NCBI GenBank assembly: GCA_963737905.1 | Contig: CAVTUQ010000002.1 | Location: 288,001 to 352,000 of the forward strand | Direction: 5' to 3' | Length of the DNA: 64,000 nt | Origin: an uncultured delta proteobacterium | Lineage (GTDB): Bacteria; Desulfobacterota; Binatia; UBA9968 | In this document: positions 61,965 to 64,000 of the stretch, piece by piece | How the letters are laid out: the number at the start of each line of letters is the position of its first letter | How positions within the stretch are numbered: the stretch's first letter is position 1 | The notes under the pieces: generated by a model | What the model saw: only the letters and a program-made list of their open reading frames with translations | The model's database searches: none | Told to the model about the DNA's origin: nothing | Position numbers and translations under genes: made by a program

Positions 61965-62018
61965 ATGCTTCAAATCCCGTAGAATCGCCTGGGATTGTCG
62001 GAAAGAATTTCCGTTTGA
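61965..62018. repeat. Direct repeat C, copy 2
   Basis: Matches 57886-57940. Confidence 0.85.
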
Positions 62019-62073
62019 GCTAGAAAAGTGTGGAGAGTAGGGGTAGCGTTTTTCAACCTTATAATATCACAGG

Positions 62074-62841
62074 CTACACTCTTTCATCGATTCCGGGCTT
62101 CGTCCCCTTTGCAACAGGCTCGACGATGATTCCGCCTGGAGCGAGGAATTTGAAAAGCCTTCCATTGCCGGTAATAACTTCGCAGCCGTACTTATCCGCC
62201 TCAGTCGCACACTCGGCCACGTCATCCACCTCGATACCAAAGTGATCGCACTTTCCGTTGTACTCCTTTGTCCCGACGTCGGCCTTGTTTATCGCGATGT
62301 GTACGGTTCCGTCAGTCACATAGCGCACGGTCTCTCTTAATGCCGGGACTTTGACCTGAGTGAAGCCAAACACTTGGGTTAAGAAATCGCTGGTTCTATC
62401 TATGCCATCGACTCTCATCGCTAGATGAACGATACGCCCCTTAGTGCTCTTCTCTGGATCACGCTTTTTTTGGTATCTGCCCATCGGCACGATCTCCGCT
62501 AGCGGACCTCCTGGAACGCGGAATTTCACCGGTGGCGTTGTGGAATCACCCAGGATTTCACAGCCGAACTCGCGAACCGCCGCGACGTATTTATCGAGAT
62601 CGTCCACCTCAATGGCGAAGTGGTGAATGCACGGTCCGTCACCGGCAGCCTGGGCCATAGGGGATTTATCATCATCGTATTTGAGAAAGGTGAGATCGAT
62701 TTCACCGTCACTTAGACGATTCCTGGACCGGTCGTCCGCTCTGGATTTACCTACCGGAGACAAGCCAAACACTTTTTCATAAAACTCCGCAGCCTTGTCT
62801 AAGTCTTCCACTTTAACTGCAATATGGGCGATGCGCGGCAT
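62074..62841 (-). CDS. Two-domain VOC/glyoxalase family protein
   Basis: IAHIAVKV.D...A.FY..VFGL, IHHFAIEVDD, duplicated domain; AGGAGG RBS. Confidence 0.88.
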   Translation of the reverse strand: MPRIAHIAVKVEDLDKAAEFYEKVFGLSPVGKSRADDRSRNRLSDGEIDLTFLKYDDDKSPMAQAAGDGPCIHHFAIEVDDLDKYVAAVREFGCEILGDSTTPPVKFRVPGGPLAEIVPMGRYQKKRDPEKSTKGRIVHLAMRVDGIDRTSDFLTQVFGFTQVKVPALRETVRYVTDGTVHIAINKADVGTKEYNGKCDHFGIEVDDVAECATEADKYGCEVITGNGRLFKFLAPGGIIVEPVAKGTKPGIDERV

Positions 62842-63001
62842 GTTTTTCCTCCTTGGTCATTTGTTCTCGCAAGGAATATGAATTGTCGGTTCTGCTCGAC
62901 TCCTGGACGCTGAGCAAACATTTTGTTGCAAACCCAACCCTGGCCGACGTTATTGTAAGGCCAAATCTTTGTCAATCATCTTTTAGTTTGGTGACGGTTT
63001 C

Positions 63002-64000
63002 CTATTCGTTGGCCCGCACCGCGATCCAACCAGCGAGCAGGGCTCCCGCCACTGCGGCGAACTGCACCGCCGCCATCGGCACCCACGTACCGTCCGCGAG
63101 CATCCCGGTGAGCTGCTGCAGCGCGGCGGGCCAGAAGAACTGCGAGAACACCACCGCCCCCGCGGCAGAGCCGGCAAGCTCGGTGTCGACCGCCATCGCG
63201 GCGGCCTGGGCGTAGGGCATGGAGAGACCTTGGGCCAGGCTGACCAAGGTTCCCGGGATGTAGAGCGCAGCCATCGAGACGCCGCCGAAATAGAGCCAGC
63301 CGGCGAGCAGCGCCCCGCTGGCGACCCCAATCACGCTGCCCAGGGTGGTCATGAATTCGATCGAACGGCTGGCGCCGATGCGGCCCGAGATGAAACTCCC
63401 GGACATGAACCCGATCGGGAAGGCGAAAAACCACAGGCCAATCCGGGCGGCATCGGCGCCGAGAAGTTCGGCGGCGAGGAACGATGCCGCCGTCGCCTGG
63501 GTGTAGAAAGCGCCCGACATCAGTCCGGGTTGCAGCATGAAGCCGACGAAGCGCCGGCGCCGCAACAGCGACCTGTAGCCGGCGAATACACCATGCGGTA
63601 CGGCGGCGTTTCGAGCGCGGGTTTCCGGAACCGCGAAGGCCACCGCGAAGATTACCAGCAGCCCGACGGCCGACGCGAGCACGAACAGCGCGCGCCAACC
63701 GAAGAGGGCTGTGAGCTGGCCTCCGATGGGCGGTGCCACCATCGGCCCCAGCACATAGGCGGCGGTGAGATAGGCGATGACCTGGGCAACCCGGTCCTGG
63801 CCATAGACGTCGCGGGCAATGGCGCGTGCCAGCACGACGCCGCAACCCGCCCCCGCTCCCTGCAGAATACGCCCCGCGAGCAGCATCGGCATATTGGCGG
63901 CGGCCATGCAGCTGGCAGCCCCGCAGGTGAACAGCACCAGCCCGCCGAGCAGCACGCGCTTGCGCCCGAACTGGTCGGACAAGCCGCCATAGGCCACCGT
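63002..64000 (-). CDS. Bcr/CflA-family multidrug MFS transporter (5' end beyond window)
   Basis: YG.LSD.FGRK.VL, R.LQG.G, RAI.RD.Y, AP.IGG, WR..F. Confidence 0.9.
   Translation of the reverse strand, partial: TVAYGGLSDQFGRKRVLLGGLVLFTCGAASCMAAANMPMLLAGRILQGAGAGCGVVLARAIARDVYGQDRVAQVIAYLTAAYVLGPMVAPPIGGQLTALFGWRALFVLASAVGLLVIFAVAFAVPETRARNAAVPHGVFAGYRSLLRRRRFVGFMLQPGLMSGAFYTQATAASFLAAELLGADAARIGLWFFAFPIGFMSGSFISGRIGASRSIEFMTTLGSVIGVASGALLAGWLYFGGVSMAALYIPGTLVSLAQGLSMPYAQAAAMAVDTELAGSAAGAVVFSQFFWPAALQQLTGMLADGTWVPMAAVQFAAVAGALLAGWIAVRANE

Noticed and set aside
1-64000. tRNA, rRNA, prophage or integrase genes
   Set aside because: None recognised by eye; tRNAscan-SE or Infernal would be needed to exclude small RNAs.

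Overview
GC-rich bacterial chromosomal window. The many orphan NitT/TauT and TctC binding proteins suggest a Deltaproteobacteria-like organism such as Ca. Binatia; this is inference only. Bases 1-4.4 kb hold a nuoA-C-D-E-F-G operon with no nuoB and a terminator in its leader. Bases 4.7-36 kb hold CapA, a DNA-repair cluster (AddAB/AdnAB-like helicase-nuclease, LigC, Prim-Pol) and catabolic/transport genes. Bases 36-62 kb are an accessory region. It contains at least 6 toxin-antitoxin (TA) pairs plus one TA-like pair, an REase-NACHT defence-like gene split by an intact IS21 (6-bp target duplication), a Co-type nitrile hydratase and a near-identical duplicated gene. The most unusual feature is that cargo in 36.5-48.9 kb is partitioned by 8 co-oriented copies (plus one at 29.4 kb) of a repeat. 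The repeat translates to the C-terminus of a Y1/HUH (RAYT-like) transposase and ends in an approximately conserved AAGATTTGACCCCTAG terminus. A matching transposase N-terminus fragment carries the same motif inverted at its 5' end. One gene+repeat unit is duplicated with its breakpoint inside the repeat. This resembles an integron-like cassette array built on HUH-transposon ends. No intact transposase for it is in the window, so the mechanism is inference. Several single-base frameshifts in housekeeping-type genes are probably sequencing errors.
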